From: a virus
Virus record (IMG/VR): IMGVR_UViG_3300049202_000001
Length of the DNA stretch: 64,000 nucleotides
Direction: 5' to 3' (one strand)
Shown here: piece by piece, positions 53,940 through 62,593 of the stretch
Layout: each line of letters starts with the position of its first letter
Position numbering within the stretch: position 1 is the stretch's first letter
The notes under the pieces: model-generated
The model's database searches: none
What the model was told of the DNA's origin: nothing
What the model saw: the letters and a program-made list of their open reading frames with translations, nothing else
Program-made: the position numbers and the translations under genes

Positions 53940-55696
53940 AATTCTTTTGTCCCGTTCTTGCTCATCCAGTCGTCCTTGTCCCACATAGTGTGGCTTTCAT
54001 TGGCGTAATAGTACTCGCCAGCTACACCAGTCTTACCCGTCCAACGAATCTTCGAAGCCTTCATCTTGGTAGTGTTACGTTCGATTTCGTCTTCAGCTTC
54101 CTTGTTACGAGTGAACAGCAGGTTACATGCACCGGACTTGAAGATAGAGGACGAACCTTGCATATCTTCTTCAAACAGGTCAGCACCCGTGGAATTGGCC
54201 TTCTGATTACCACCACTCTTACGTACGTGGTTGACGTTGATGAAAGTGACATCGTGACTCTTCACCATACCCTTCATCCATTTCAAGAACACCGCTTGAT
54301 CTTCGTTGCTCATACCGTCCAAGATGTCCTGTAGTGGGTCAAGAATGATAAGCTGACAGCCACATGCAATGATGAGCTGTTCAATCTTCTCCTTCATCGA
54401 CTCAAGTCCACCATCACGATCTTCAACGAGGAAGAAGCGTTCACTACCATCCTCACGGAAGTATAGCTCATGTTCCTTCTGTCGTACATAGTCTGTGTCC
54501 AGATACGCCAGCTTTTCGTTCACGTCTTCAATCAGGTCGATCTTCCGGCCCAAGTGTCGGCTAAGAATCTTCGTACCATACTGCCCACTATCGCTCTCAA
54601 GAGTGACGATACCCGGCTTGTATGGGCTGTTAAAAATCCAGTAGTAGGTCATCTCGTCAATAATCGTAGACTTACCTGTACCAGACGCAGAGCCAAGGTT
54701 GATGATGGTTTTCAGTGGAATACCGCCAGCCATCATCCGCTGCAACTTGTGCATGAACGGAGGCAGTGGAATCTTCAACTGTGCAGCAGCCTCACGAATC
54801 TTATCAGCCAGCGATGCAGCACCAACAATACCATCAGGAGTGTAGGGCTTAGCTTTGAAGTAATCGTTAATAAACTGCTTATCCATGCCGCTTGTCAGCA
54901 TCAGATTAGGGTCTTTCTTCGTCCACTTCGCTACGTACACTTTGTTCTTCGGCAGCACCTTAGCAATCTTGTGTGTAGCCTTCTCTCCAGCAGCATCATT
55001 GTCCATGCCGATGATAATTTTATCGAACTTGTTGAACCACTCGTACTGTGCTTGAATCTGCTTTACACAGCCAGTTTCTCCGACTGTAGGAGAGACAACT
55101 GGGATTGGGTCGTAGCCACGAGATGCCTGATACTCTGCAAGCATCTGGTAAGCCGATTCCATGTCCACTTCACCGCCAGTAAGCAGCAATGTACGACCCC
55201 CGTTAGGGAACTTTACCTGCCCTGCGAGTTCACAGTCCTTGCCTACCAGTCCTACAGGGTTGCTAAAGTCCTTGGGGAAGGTGCGTACTTTGAAACCAAC
55301 CAGTTTTCCGTCGATGGTAGTTGGTACGTATTGTGCGTCTGGTTCTCCGGTTTCTTCGTCGTAGGTGTAACGAATGTTAAAGAACTTGTTTGTCTCATCC
55401 TTGATCCCACGCCAGCCCTTGCACTTGAGGCCAGTGTATCCCTTAATTTGCTCATATTCTTCCTTTGTAAGTCGTTCTCTTGTGCTCACTTCTTCTTCCT
55501 CATCTTCAAAATCAATTCCACGAGCTTCACGTTCCGCATCACTCAAGATGGTGAACTCGCATGCGTGGCAGTAAGCGCCCTTACCCTCTCCGTATACTTG
55601 CAGGTTGTCCTTCGCTGTATCTCGCCCATTACGAGCGCAACGAGGACATTGACAGTTGTGAGGGTAAGACAAGTCAATGCCCCATTTGTTGGTCAT
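53936..55696 (-). CDS. Bifunctional primase-helicase, T7 gp4-like
   Basis: N-terminal zinc finger CQCPRC...CHAC. TOPRIM (GGEVD, MDNDAAG). DnaB-like Walker A GSASGTGKST. Confidence 0.85.
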   Translation of the reverse strand: MTNKWGIDLSYPHNCQCPRCARNGRDTAKDNLQVYGEGKGAYCHACEFTILSDAEREARGIDFEDEEEEVSTRERLTKEEYEQIKGYTGLKCKGWRGIKDETNKFFNIRYTYDEETGEPDAQYVPTTIDGKLVGFKVRTFPKDFSNPVGLVGKDCELAGQVKFPNGGRTLLLTGGEVDMESAYQMLAEYQASRGYDPIPVVSPTVGETGCVKQIQAQYEWFNKFDKIIIGMDNDAAGEKATHKIAKVLPKNKVYVAKWTKKDPNLMLTSGMDKQFINDYFKAKPYTPDGIVGAASLADKIREAAAQLKIPLPPFMHKLQRMMAGGIPLKTIINLGSASGTGKSTIIDEMTYYWIFNSPYKPGIVTLESDSGQYGTKILSRHLGRKIDLIEDVNEKLAYLDTDYVRQKEHELYFREDGSERFFLVEDRDGGLESMKEKIEQLIIACGCQLIILDPLQDILDGMSNEDQAVFLKWMKGMVKSHDVTFINVNHVRKSGGNQKANSTGADLFEEDMQGSSSIFKSGACNLLFTRNKEAEDEIERNTTKMKASKIRWTGKTGVAGEYYYANESHTMWDKDDWMSKNGTKEF

Positions 55697-56088
55697 CAGT
55701 AGTCTAATTTCCTTGTAACGTGGTATTCATCGTAGATGCCCTTAGGCTCCTTGTGCTGCTCAGCAGACCGGATATGCCACTCCACTGCATTACACTTGTA
55801 AGGCTCCAAGTCTTCTTCAACCCACGCATGGGAAATCTGCATTCCAGAGATACAACTTGTGTCTTCCAAGGACACAAATCGAATGCTCCCTCCGTCCTCA
55901 TGTTTAGCAGTTCTGGTGAACACATTGAAAGAGAAGCCGTTAGGCTTTCCTACAAGGTTAATCAACGTATGCCATGCGTTCTGAGCCTTGCTCCATGTAC
56001 TGAAGGCGAACAGCACCTTAGAGTTAGGATCAAACTTTGCAAGCATCAGTGCGTATTGAAGCCTGTACTCAAGCGCTTTCTTCCTCAT
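55696..56088 (-). CDS. Hypothetical protein
   Basis: ATG 56088 (MRKKALEY...). The longer track ORF runs antisense-free through the thyX 3' end. 131 aa. Confidence 0.5.
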   Translation of the reverse strand: MRKKALEYRLQYALMLAKFDPNSKVLFAFSTWSKAQNAWHTLINLVGKPNGFSFNVFTRTAKHEDGGSIRFVSLEDTSCISGMQISHAWVEEDLEPYKCNAVEWHIRSAEQHKEPKGIYDEYHVTRKLDY

Positions 56089-57049
56089 AGTTCTCTCCCT
56101 TAATCGTCTTACGATACTGAATCCAGCCACGGAAATTGCCCGACCACAATCTGCATTTATTGTCCATGTGGGAAACACCATGTTCCCACGCGTTAGGAGG
56201 TGGAAGTCCGGGGCGTCGTTCCATCGGAGTAGCACAGTGTTCCAGTGCAGAAGCATGCTTTTTATCGCTGCCTACCAGACGCTCGTAAAGCTCAATGCTC
56301 TTTTCCAGATCATAACCTTCATTGCGATACGAGACAGCGGCACAACGAGCACACGACACTTTAATTGCGTCTTCTAGTGTGTACTCCGTAAACGCCTTGG
56401 CAGGTTCTGATTCATAGGGGTGAGACGAGAAGCTACCATAAATGCGTCGTTCGTCATTCCCACGTATTACGTCAATATACGGAAGATGCCACTCGCCCGC
56501 CTTCAGCAGTTCAGGCTTAGACACATCCTTAGCCTCACGCATCACACGTGCCAATTCGTCAATCGTAGGGTCTGCTGCCAAGTCATCACGAAGCCAGAAG
56601 AAGTTGTCCCACTCTGTTCCGCTGATAACGGTTTTCTGCATCTGCCAAGGTTCCAATAGACGGTTGTACACTTGCTTGTGGTAGCCAGCTTCGTAGAACT
56701 TTCTTGCAAACGCAATGGCTGTGTCTTTAGCTGTTTCCCATGCTGATTCAGGAGAACGTTGTGCTTCTCCAAACATAACCGGAACGGTGTAATCTTCTCC
56801 TTTATCCTGCATACCAGCTTGATTTGCACCGAAGCGAACAGGACGACCTGAGAGTTGTGTCAGCATCTTTTCAAACGGCACAGCACGGCTACTAAAACTG
56901 TTACGCGACTTATCCCGGTGCGTGTTCAGTTCAGCCAGAATCAAACGCGGATATTCGATTTCAAACGTCAGTAAGCGTACCCCTGCTTCGCTAATACTGT
57001 CGGCTAAGATGGTAGCCTTGATGCCGCATTTACCTTCTACTGTAATCAT
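56069..57049 (-). CDS. thyX: Flavin-dependent thymidylate synthase-like (ThyX family), long form
   Basis: Motif THRDKSRNSFSSRA fits the ThyX signature (R)HRxxSxxxxSxR. At 326 aa it is longer than typical ThyX. Confidence 0.7.
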   Translation of the reverse strand: MITVEGKCGIKATILADSISEAGVRLLTFEIEYPRLILAELNTHRDKSRNSFSSRAVPFEKMLTQLSGRPVRFGANQAGMQDKGEDYTVPVMFGEAQRSPESAWETAKDTAIAFARKFYEAGYHKQVYNRLLEPWQMQKTVISGTEWDNFFWLRDDLAADPTIDELARVMREAKDVSKPELLKAGEWHLPYIDVIRGNDERRIYGSFSSHPYESEPAKAFTEYTLEDAIKVSCARCAAVSYRNEGYDLEKSIELYERLVGSDKKHASALEHCATPMERRPGLPPPNAWEHGVSHMDNKCRLWSGNFRGWIQYRKTIKGENYEEESA

Positions 57050-57201
57050 TCATCCTCCTTGCAGTACTCTTCCATCGCGTAGTCGTAGCCACTCCAGTTA
57101 TCGACGCCAGCCCCTTCCAGACAGGACAACTTCCAATCACGATCCTGAAGTCTGTCATACTCTTTCTTGGAAATCGTAATTTCTTCGTTGTTCTCGCTCA
57201 T
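57046..57201 (-). CDS. Small acidic protein (51 aa, not in ORF track)
   Basis: ATGA overlaps at both ends. MSENNEEITISKKEYDRLQDRDWKLSCLEGAGVDNWSGYDYAMEEYCKEDE. Confidence 0.45.
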   Translation of the reverse strand: MSENNEEITISKKEYDRLQDRDWKLSCLEGAGVDNWSGYDYAMEEYCKEDE

Positions 57202-57506
57202 ACACCTACCGCTTTCAGGAACGCATGCACCTCTTCCACGCTCAGACGCTTCTGAAGAACGATGGTAGTGTTGTTATCAACGATGCTCACGTTATAATTT
57301 ACGTTCGACTTTTCCAATTCCTTAAGGTTGGTCAAGTAGATGTAATCGGCCCGTCCACCTTCTGCTTCGAATTTTGGCTGAATACTCTGATCGTCTTTTA
57401 CGAACATCACAATAGTTCCTACTTTAGTGCTGTGTTCTTCATCGTATCCTCCAATAACTTCGTACTTTTTTCCGATGATAAATCCTGCGGATTGTGCTGG
57501 TGTCAT
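57198..57506 (-). CDS. Hypothetical protein
   Basis: ATG 57506 with RBS CAAGGAGAAAC and an ATGA overlap with the upstream stop. 102 aa. Confidence 0.5.
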   Translation of the reverse strand: MTPAQSAGFIIGKKYEVIGGYDEEHSTKVGTIVMFVKDDQSIQPKFEAEGGRADYIYLTNLKELEKSNVNYNVSIVDNNTTIVLQKRLSVEEVHAFLKAVGV

Positions 57507-57943
57507 TTGTGTTTCTCCTTGAAAAATATATGTTTTCCGATGCGTACGCATCGGGTCATTTTGGTTGCCCATGCTGGCCTAACGTAGGTAGCGTGGAAGT
57601 GAGTGCATTGTACAGCAACAGGCTTCATCTTGGCAACCTGTATGAAGCGTTGTAACGCTTCCTTATTAGTTAGCGTCACGTTGTACACTTTACGTTCAGA
57701 ATATCCTGAGAATTGCCTTGGCGCAGACACTACGTCACAGGCACTTTTCCCTGTCTTCTTCATACGCCGCAATACTACGTCTAAAACAGCTCTAGCGCCC
57801 TTCAGCGACTCTCCACGGGCTTCATCATGCACAACCCAAGCCATACAACGCCAAGGCTCAGGAGGCTTATATTCAAGCCGTGGAGGTATGGAAAGCTGAG
57901 AGCACGACATCATCAGAAGTAGTGCTACTATAATTTTTCTCAT
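57503..57943 (-). CDS. Secreted cell-wall hydrolase, SleB-like (Hydrolase_2)
   Basis: Signal peptide MRKIIVALLLMMSC. Motif VVHDEARGESLKGARAVLDVVLRR...VVSAPRQFSG matches the SleB-family signature. Confidence 0.65.
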   Translation of the reverse strand: MRKIIVALLLMMSCSQLSIPPRLEYKPPEPWRCMAWVVHDEARGESLKGARAVLDVVLRRMKKTGKSACDVVSAPRQFSGYSERKVYNVTLTNKEALQRFIQVAKMKPVAVQCTHFHATYVRPAWATKMTRCVRIGKHIFFKEKHK

Positions 57944-58542
57944 GTTCCGTGCCTCTCCGTGTAGCCCGCACCTTGAGTATTTAGTTCACTAATTATAGCA
58001 TCCCTGTACACACAAGCTTGCTTAAAAGCTGGAAGAAGTCCTAAAGAAGCTACACTGAAATATTTAGATTTTCGCTTTCCTTTTAAATCATTCCATTGTG
58101 CTTTGCAGTACAGATTTCCGGCTTTATTAGTATGAAACCCTACTCCAGTGACTCCTGAAGAATTGTTAGAAAACGTCCCTTTGTTACGAGAGTTTTGAAC
58201 ATTCCCAACTAGCCTAAGATTCCATGATTTGTTGTTACTTCTGTCCCCACTTTCATGGTCAATTTCATCACCTTCGCCTAGTTCAACCTGATACACAATA
58301 GAATACACTATTCTATGACACTTTAGCTGTCTGCCTCTATGGCGTGTAATCCAGTAGCCAGTAGCTTCATGGAAATGCCCTACTTCGTCACCTTTTCGGT
58401 TAATCACTGTAGTATGCTTTCTTCCTCGGAACTTGTCCTTTCGTAGTCTCAGACAACTTTTACTTGTTTCGTCGTAGTAGAAAGCCGCACTGAGTTCCTT
58501 CAACGATATTTCAGTGCTCGCTCTCATATCACCCCTTAGCAA
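57940..58542 (-). CDS. HNH homing endonuclease with AP2-like DNA-binding domain
   Basis: HRIVYSIV...IDHESGDRSNN...NLRLV (HNH_3), then SGVTGVGF...YCKAQW...KSKYF (AP2-like). Confidence 0.8.
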   Translation of the reverse strand: MLRGDMRASTEISLKELSAAFYYDETSKSCLRLRKDKFRGRKHTTVINRKGDEVGHFHEATGYWITRHRGRQLKCHRIVYSIVYQVELGEGDEIDHESGDRSNNKSWNLRLVGNVQNSRNKGTFSNNSSGVTGVGFHTNKAGNLYCKAQWNDLKGKRKSKYFSVASLGLLPAFKQACVYRDAIISELNTQGAGYTERHGT

Positions 58543-58687
58543 GTAGGTAATGATTACTAACTACCTTGAACGAGAAATCCTTGTCCATTGCTTTTAGCAC
58601 AACACCTTCTCGCATGACGCCCGGAGCAGCACCATCTCCGTCTACGCAACGAATCTTATCACCTACCTTAAAAATTTTCTTACCCAT
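58529..58687 (-). CDS. Hypothetical small protein
   Basis: ATG 58687 with RBS AAGGAGAGAAC. 52 aa. Confidence 0.45.
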   Translation of the reverse strand: MGKKIFKVGDKIRCVDGDGAAPGVMREGVVLKAMDKDFSFKVVSNHYLLAKG

Positions 58688-58736
58688 TGTTCTCTCCTTG
58701 TTGGTTGTCCCTGTAGGGAATTTGTAAAGAAACGCT

Positions 58737-58765
58737 ATCTTACTACTTACCTGTCGTGTTGTCAA
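58737..58765 (-). promoter_or_regulatory. Sigma70-type promoter
   Basis: Minus strand: TTGACA, 17-nt spacer ending AGGTAAGTAG, TAAGAT. Confidence 0.55.
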
Positions 58766-58974
58766 GTACTTTGTTTACCTAGCGTCTTCAACACCACGTC
58801 AGCATAATGTGCTGGATTGTGATGCCCTTTAGCAATGATCTTCAAACACAGGATGTAGTTGTCGCGTTCATTGATAGTCAGATCAAGCATACTCTCCAGC
58901 CCTGAGTTCCGGGCCTTCAGTTGCTCAACGTGTCTTTCCAGATGCTTCATGAGCTTTGGCAAATGTACGCACAT
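58762..58974 (-). CDS. Hypothetical protein
   Basis: 70-aa ORF abutting the upstream stop. Confidence 0.45.
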   Translation of the reverse strand: MCVHLPKLMKHLERHVEQLKARNSGLESMLDLTINERDNYILCLKIIAKGHHNPAHYADVVLKTLGKQST

Positions 58975-59169
58975 CTACGCCACCACAAGCTTGAACGGAG
59001 CGTTCACGTAAGCTGCATACAGTAAACCAAAGGCGATTGCACCAGTGATGATGAAGTAGTCGAACGGAAACTTCCCGGTAAACAACACTTGTACGTAGGT
59101 GCCTCCCAGTGTCACCCACAGGAAGTACAAGCCCAGTGCTACCAAAAACAGAAATCCGATGATTGCCAT
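58975..59169 (-). CDS. Small membrane protein
   Basis: ATG 59169 (MAIIGFLFLVALGLYFLW...). Two to three hydrophobic helices. Confidence 0.5.
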   Translation of the reverse strand: MAIIGFLFLVALGLYFLWVTLGGTYVQVLFTGKFPFDYFIITGAIAFGLLYAAYVNAPFKLVVA

Positions 59170-59170
59170 G

Positions 59171-60553
59171 TTATGCTCCTTGTTTAGCAGCTTCCAACTG
59201 GGCGTAGATACGCTCCGTAGTGTCAGCTTTGTTCTTGTCCACGCCACTTCGTACTTCAACGAAGATTGGCAACGATAGGGAAGGCTTCTTACCTACTTCC
59301 CGGCTTTGAGTGATGTCGTTTGCTTCCACAGTGACAACAGCACCTTCGATCAGCCACGGCTTCTCCCAGAATTCCTTGCGCTGAGGGTCACTGAAGCCAG
59401 AGCCACATGCACACTGGATGCCAGAGTCCTCTGATTCAATGTAGACGCCACCAAGCATGCCTTTGGCTTTACCTTCGCCTTCATACATACCGTTGACACG
59501 CATCTCCACAGCGAACTTGATCTTCAGCTTAACGATGTCCTTTGCCGTGCCATCCTTCCACAACGAAGCCGGGTCTTTGATGATACAGCCTTCCAGCCCA
59601 CGTTGCAAGTGTTCTTGGTAGATAGCGAACGCTTCATCCAGGTTGGTTACTTCCTTCGTGTAGATGACAGAGACACGTCCCGGAATTTTGTCCACTTCAT
59701 ACTCAAGGCTTTCAAGACGATCTTCGTAAGTACGCAGGGATTTGCCAGCTTCGAACTCTTCTTGAGTCAGCAAATCCCATGCTTCCATGTGAACGGAGTA
59801 CCGGGATTCATCGAACTTCTCACCGTCCTTCAATGCGGAGTTGAGCAAGCCGTTAGCAGTCTTACGCTCCAACGATTGACTACCCAGACCTTGCATCTTT
59901 TCGTCTACCAGCAGTTCGCCTACCAATACCTTACCCGGCTTCAGGCCGTATGCGAGTTTCTGAGCAAACCATTGTGGGTACTTGCTACCTTGGCGGGTAA
60001 TCACGTCTACAGTGTCATCCAGACGCTTCACAACGTACGCAAACGATCCGTCAGCTTTGGTCTGTACATAGAACTTCTTTAGCTTTGCAAAGCGCTGACG
60101 AGCCTTCACATCCAGCAGCGAACAACGTTGGTATGGTGGCAGGAAGTATAAGTCAGGCCACGTCTTCAACACCATCGTATCACCTACGGATGCACCAATC
60201 TTACGATCCAACATGTACCCGACAAGTTCTTTGCCTTCTGGCGAAAGGGAACACAGCAAGTCCTTCAGGTGACGTACTGCCTTGTCGCCAGTGTAGGTAC
60301 GGTTAGCCAGTTCGGCCATCACTTCCAGCATTGTCGTTGGATCGTATTTGCCGTCCGGGTAGTCAGACCAGTCCATATTCCAGTGGTACGGCCCCTTTGG
60401 TAGCTTTTTCTGATAGTAGTTGATACCTACGTCGTACACAGCCTTCATGTACGCCTTGAACAACTCATTGTCCTTGTTGGCGTCGAGAATGGCTTGCTTC
60501 TCGATATTGCCTTGAGCCTCTTGCAGGCTTTTGATGATGTTATACAGCTTCAT
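59171..60553 (-). CDS. ATP-dependent DNA ligase
   Basis: Adenylation motif I TKADGSF (KxDG), followed by nucleotidyltransferase and OB-fold regions. 460 aa. Confidence 0.8.
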   Translation of the reverse strand: MKLYNIIKSLQEAQGNIEKQAILDANKDNELFKAYMKAVYDVGINYYQKKLPKGPYHWNMDWSDYPDGKYDPTTMLEVMAELANRTYTGDKAVRHLKDLLCSLSPEGKELVGYMLDRKIGASVGDTMVLKTWPDLYFLPPYQRCSLLDVKARQRFAKLKKFYVQTKADGSFAYVVKRLDDTVDVITRQGSKYPQWFAQKLAYGLKPGKVLVGELLVDEKMQGLGSQSLERKTANGLLNSALKDGEKFDESRYSVHMEAWDLLTQEEFEAGKSLRTYEDRLESLEYEVDKIPGRVSVIYTKEVTNLDEAFAIYQEHLQRGLEGCIIKDPASLWKDGTAKDIVKLKIKFAVEMRVNGMYEGEGKAKGMLGGVYIESEDSGIQCACGSGFSDPQRKEFWEKPWLIEGAVVTVEANDITQSREVGKKPSLSLPIFVEVRSGVDKNKADTTERIYAQLEAAKQGA

Positions 60554-60846
60554 TTATGTCTACCCTCCTTAACCATTTTAATCATGTTGTTCAGCATGCA
60601 GATGCGGTAGCTGTTCACCACCTCATTGGCGATGTACGTATACGGCTTCATCTTCCACTTCTTACGTAAAAACTTTTCCATTGTATACATTTTCCCGATA
60701 TGCATCTCTACCATCCGTTTGATGCAATGTTCTCCTGCTTCAAACATAGCTTCAACGCAAACATAATTACTGTACGAAGGCTTACTGTCAATCTTGGATT
60801 TTATTTTCTCGATTGTTTCTAGAATCTGATGGTCAAATGTGTTCAT
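60550..60846 (-). CDS. Hypothetical protein
   Basis: 98-aa ORF with an ATGA overlap. Confidence 0.5.
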   Translation of the reverse strand: MNTFDHQILETIEKIKSKIDSKPSYSNYVCVEAMFEAGEHCIKRMVEMHIGKMYTMEKFLRKKWKMKPYTYIANEVVNSYRICMLNNMIKMVKEGRHK

Positions 60847-61193
60847 GCCATCAACTCCTTACGGATGTCTTCCAGCATCTTCTTGCGGAAGGCTTGTGCA
60901 TACTGGTAAGTTTCATCGTAGTTATCGTCTTTCTCTCGCAGGTAGGAGCTGGCGGTGAAATATCCGTCAATGTACGTATCAATCCGTTTAAGCACCCAGA
61001 GAGTGTCTGGGTGCTCCTTTGCTTCACCGTACTCTAGTCCCAGGATTAGCATCGCTGCTTTAACCGTTGCATAACATGCATACAATTCAAATACTCGTAC
61101 TGAATTTTTATCGTATTGAGATCTAACGTTATTGCCATCCCACAACTTTTGAATTGCTGCATCTACAATAGCTACTTTCATTACATTGGTCAT
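60843..61193 (-). CDS. Hypothetical protein (first gene of minus-strand block)
   Basis: 116-aa ORF with an RBS, downstream of the promoter at 61236-61264. Confidence 0.55.
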   Translation of the reverse strand: MTNVMKVAIVDAAIQKLWDGNNVRSQYDKNSVRVFELYACYATVKAAMLILGLEYGEAKEHPDTLWVLKRIDTYIDGYFTASSYLREKDDNYDETYQYAQAFRKKMLEDIRKELMA

Positions 61194-61235
61194 CTTTTTC
61201 TCCTTGTGTGTGCCGGAAGGCGTTGGTCAAACTGC

Positions 61236-61264
61236 ATTCTCTTCTAAAAATTTTCCCTTGTCAA
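61236..61264 (-). promoter_or_regulatory. Sigma70-type promoter for the minus-strand block
   Basis: Minus strand: TTGACA, 17-nt spacer, GAGAAT. Confidence 0.5.
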
Positions 61265-61756
61265 GCATGTAGCACTACCTAAATTGTAACAAACCCCCAC
61301 TTGTTTTGGATTTCATCTCAGATATCTAAAGGTAGAATTTTCACAGGAACTGGGGAATTTTCAGATTCTTTTTATACGAAATGCTTCCTACTTGTCTCAG
61401 AAAGTGACTAGTGTTTCATTCTTACAACACTTCGTATTTCTTCCATGCAATAAATTACATTTAGGCAATGCAGCGGCTTTTCCTGCTAAGACCTCCTTGT
61501 AGGCTTCCTCCAGTATAGGTCGGCACACACATAAGAGCAAGAAAATACTGGTTGCACATACAGTGGTAGCTAGCGTTACATACCTACATAACTCGGCAGG
61601 ATGTAATTTTAGAAAGGTTCCTCTAATTTGTTGCACGAAAGCTGCGCACGATTGGAATTCCCTTGAAATTCTGAAGAGCTTGACTAAACTTGGAATTGTC
61701 CACTGGACGTAAGCATCCAACCCTTCAAAACTTGTGTTCACTAAAGGAGAAATAAC

Positions 61757-62470
61757 ATGGCCACCGATATCCTCTGCCGCTTTGACCCAGCTAAACGTGA
61801 AGCTGTCGTGTTCCTCGCTGACTCCATGAAAGGCAACAAGATTCAAGCATGGAATGGCTCTGGTAATCCTCAATTCGTTCCTCTTGATTACTATCATATG
61901 ACCGCACCGTTGTCGGCTGCTGACGAAAAGGTGTTGATGGAGCGCTTCAAACAAGCCACCAACCGTGGGGATCAAGTGGTAAGGCTTCGTCAGCGTTTGC
62001 CACGTGTCTCTCGTCCTCTGCCTAACCTGCTGTCCAACGAAACGTCCAAGTCTGTGTTGCAGCCTGAAGCACAACCTAGTGTTCTGCCTATTGCTACGGC
62101 TCCAGTGGTTCCTATTGCTGGCGAATTGCCTAGTGCTGCCATCTACCGCCAGATTGTAGCCGATAATGATCGATTGATGCAAATGCAATCTTCCATCGGC
62201 GTTCTCACCCAGCAAATGGATAGCATGATGGGGCAGCTCAAACAAGTACAAACCGATTTTGATGCTGCCAAAGCTGCTTACAACACGTTGACGGTTAAGT
62301 ATAGCGAGGCTATTGAACAGGAAGCTAAAGACATTCTGGCCCAGCGTAAAGCAGAACTGGCTGCTGTCGGCTCTCAGCCTGTTGTAGAACCTTCCGTCGT
62401 GGCTCCCAAGGCTTCGCCTAAGCGTGTTCGTAAGGCTCCTGCTAAGAAGGTGATTCGCCAGCGTAAATAA
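61757..62470 (+). CDS. Hypothetical early protein
   Basis: 237 aa with strong RBS AAAGGAGAAATAACATG. Central Pro/Ser linker, C-terminal coiled coil and a Lys/Arg tail. Confidence 0.6.
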   Translation: MATDILCRFDPAKREAVVFLADSMKGNKIQAWNGSGNPQFVPLDYYHMTAPLSAADEKVLMERFKQATNRGDQVVRLRQRLPRVSRPLPNLLSNETSKSVLQPEAQPSVLPIATAPVVPIAGELPSAAIYRQIVADNDRLMQMQSSIGVLTQQMDSMMGQLKQVQTDFDAAKAAYNTLTVKYSEAIEQEAKDILAQRKAELAAVGSQPVVEPSVVAPKASPKRVRKAPAKKVIRQRK

Positions 62471-62488
62471 GGGCTACCGCCTACAAGG

Positions 62489-62510
62489 CGTGGAGACATG
62501 CGTCTCCACG
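62489..62510 (+). terminator. Hairpin/terminator
   Basis: 9-bp stem CGTGGAGAC / GTCTCCACG with a 4-nt loop. The T tract is weak. Confidence 0.45.
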
Positions 62511-62564
62511 TCGTATTTCCTTCCTGTATTAAATTCCCCACATTAAAATATTTTCAAATAATTC

Positions 62565-62593
62565 TTGCACGGACAGGAATTGTTAGGTATAGT
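62565..62593 (+). promoter_or_regulatory. Sigma70-type early promoter
   Basis: TTGCAC, 17-nt spacer containing GGAATTGT, TATAGT. Confidence 0.55.
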
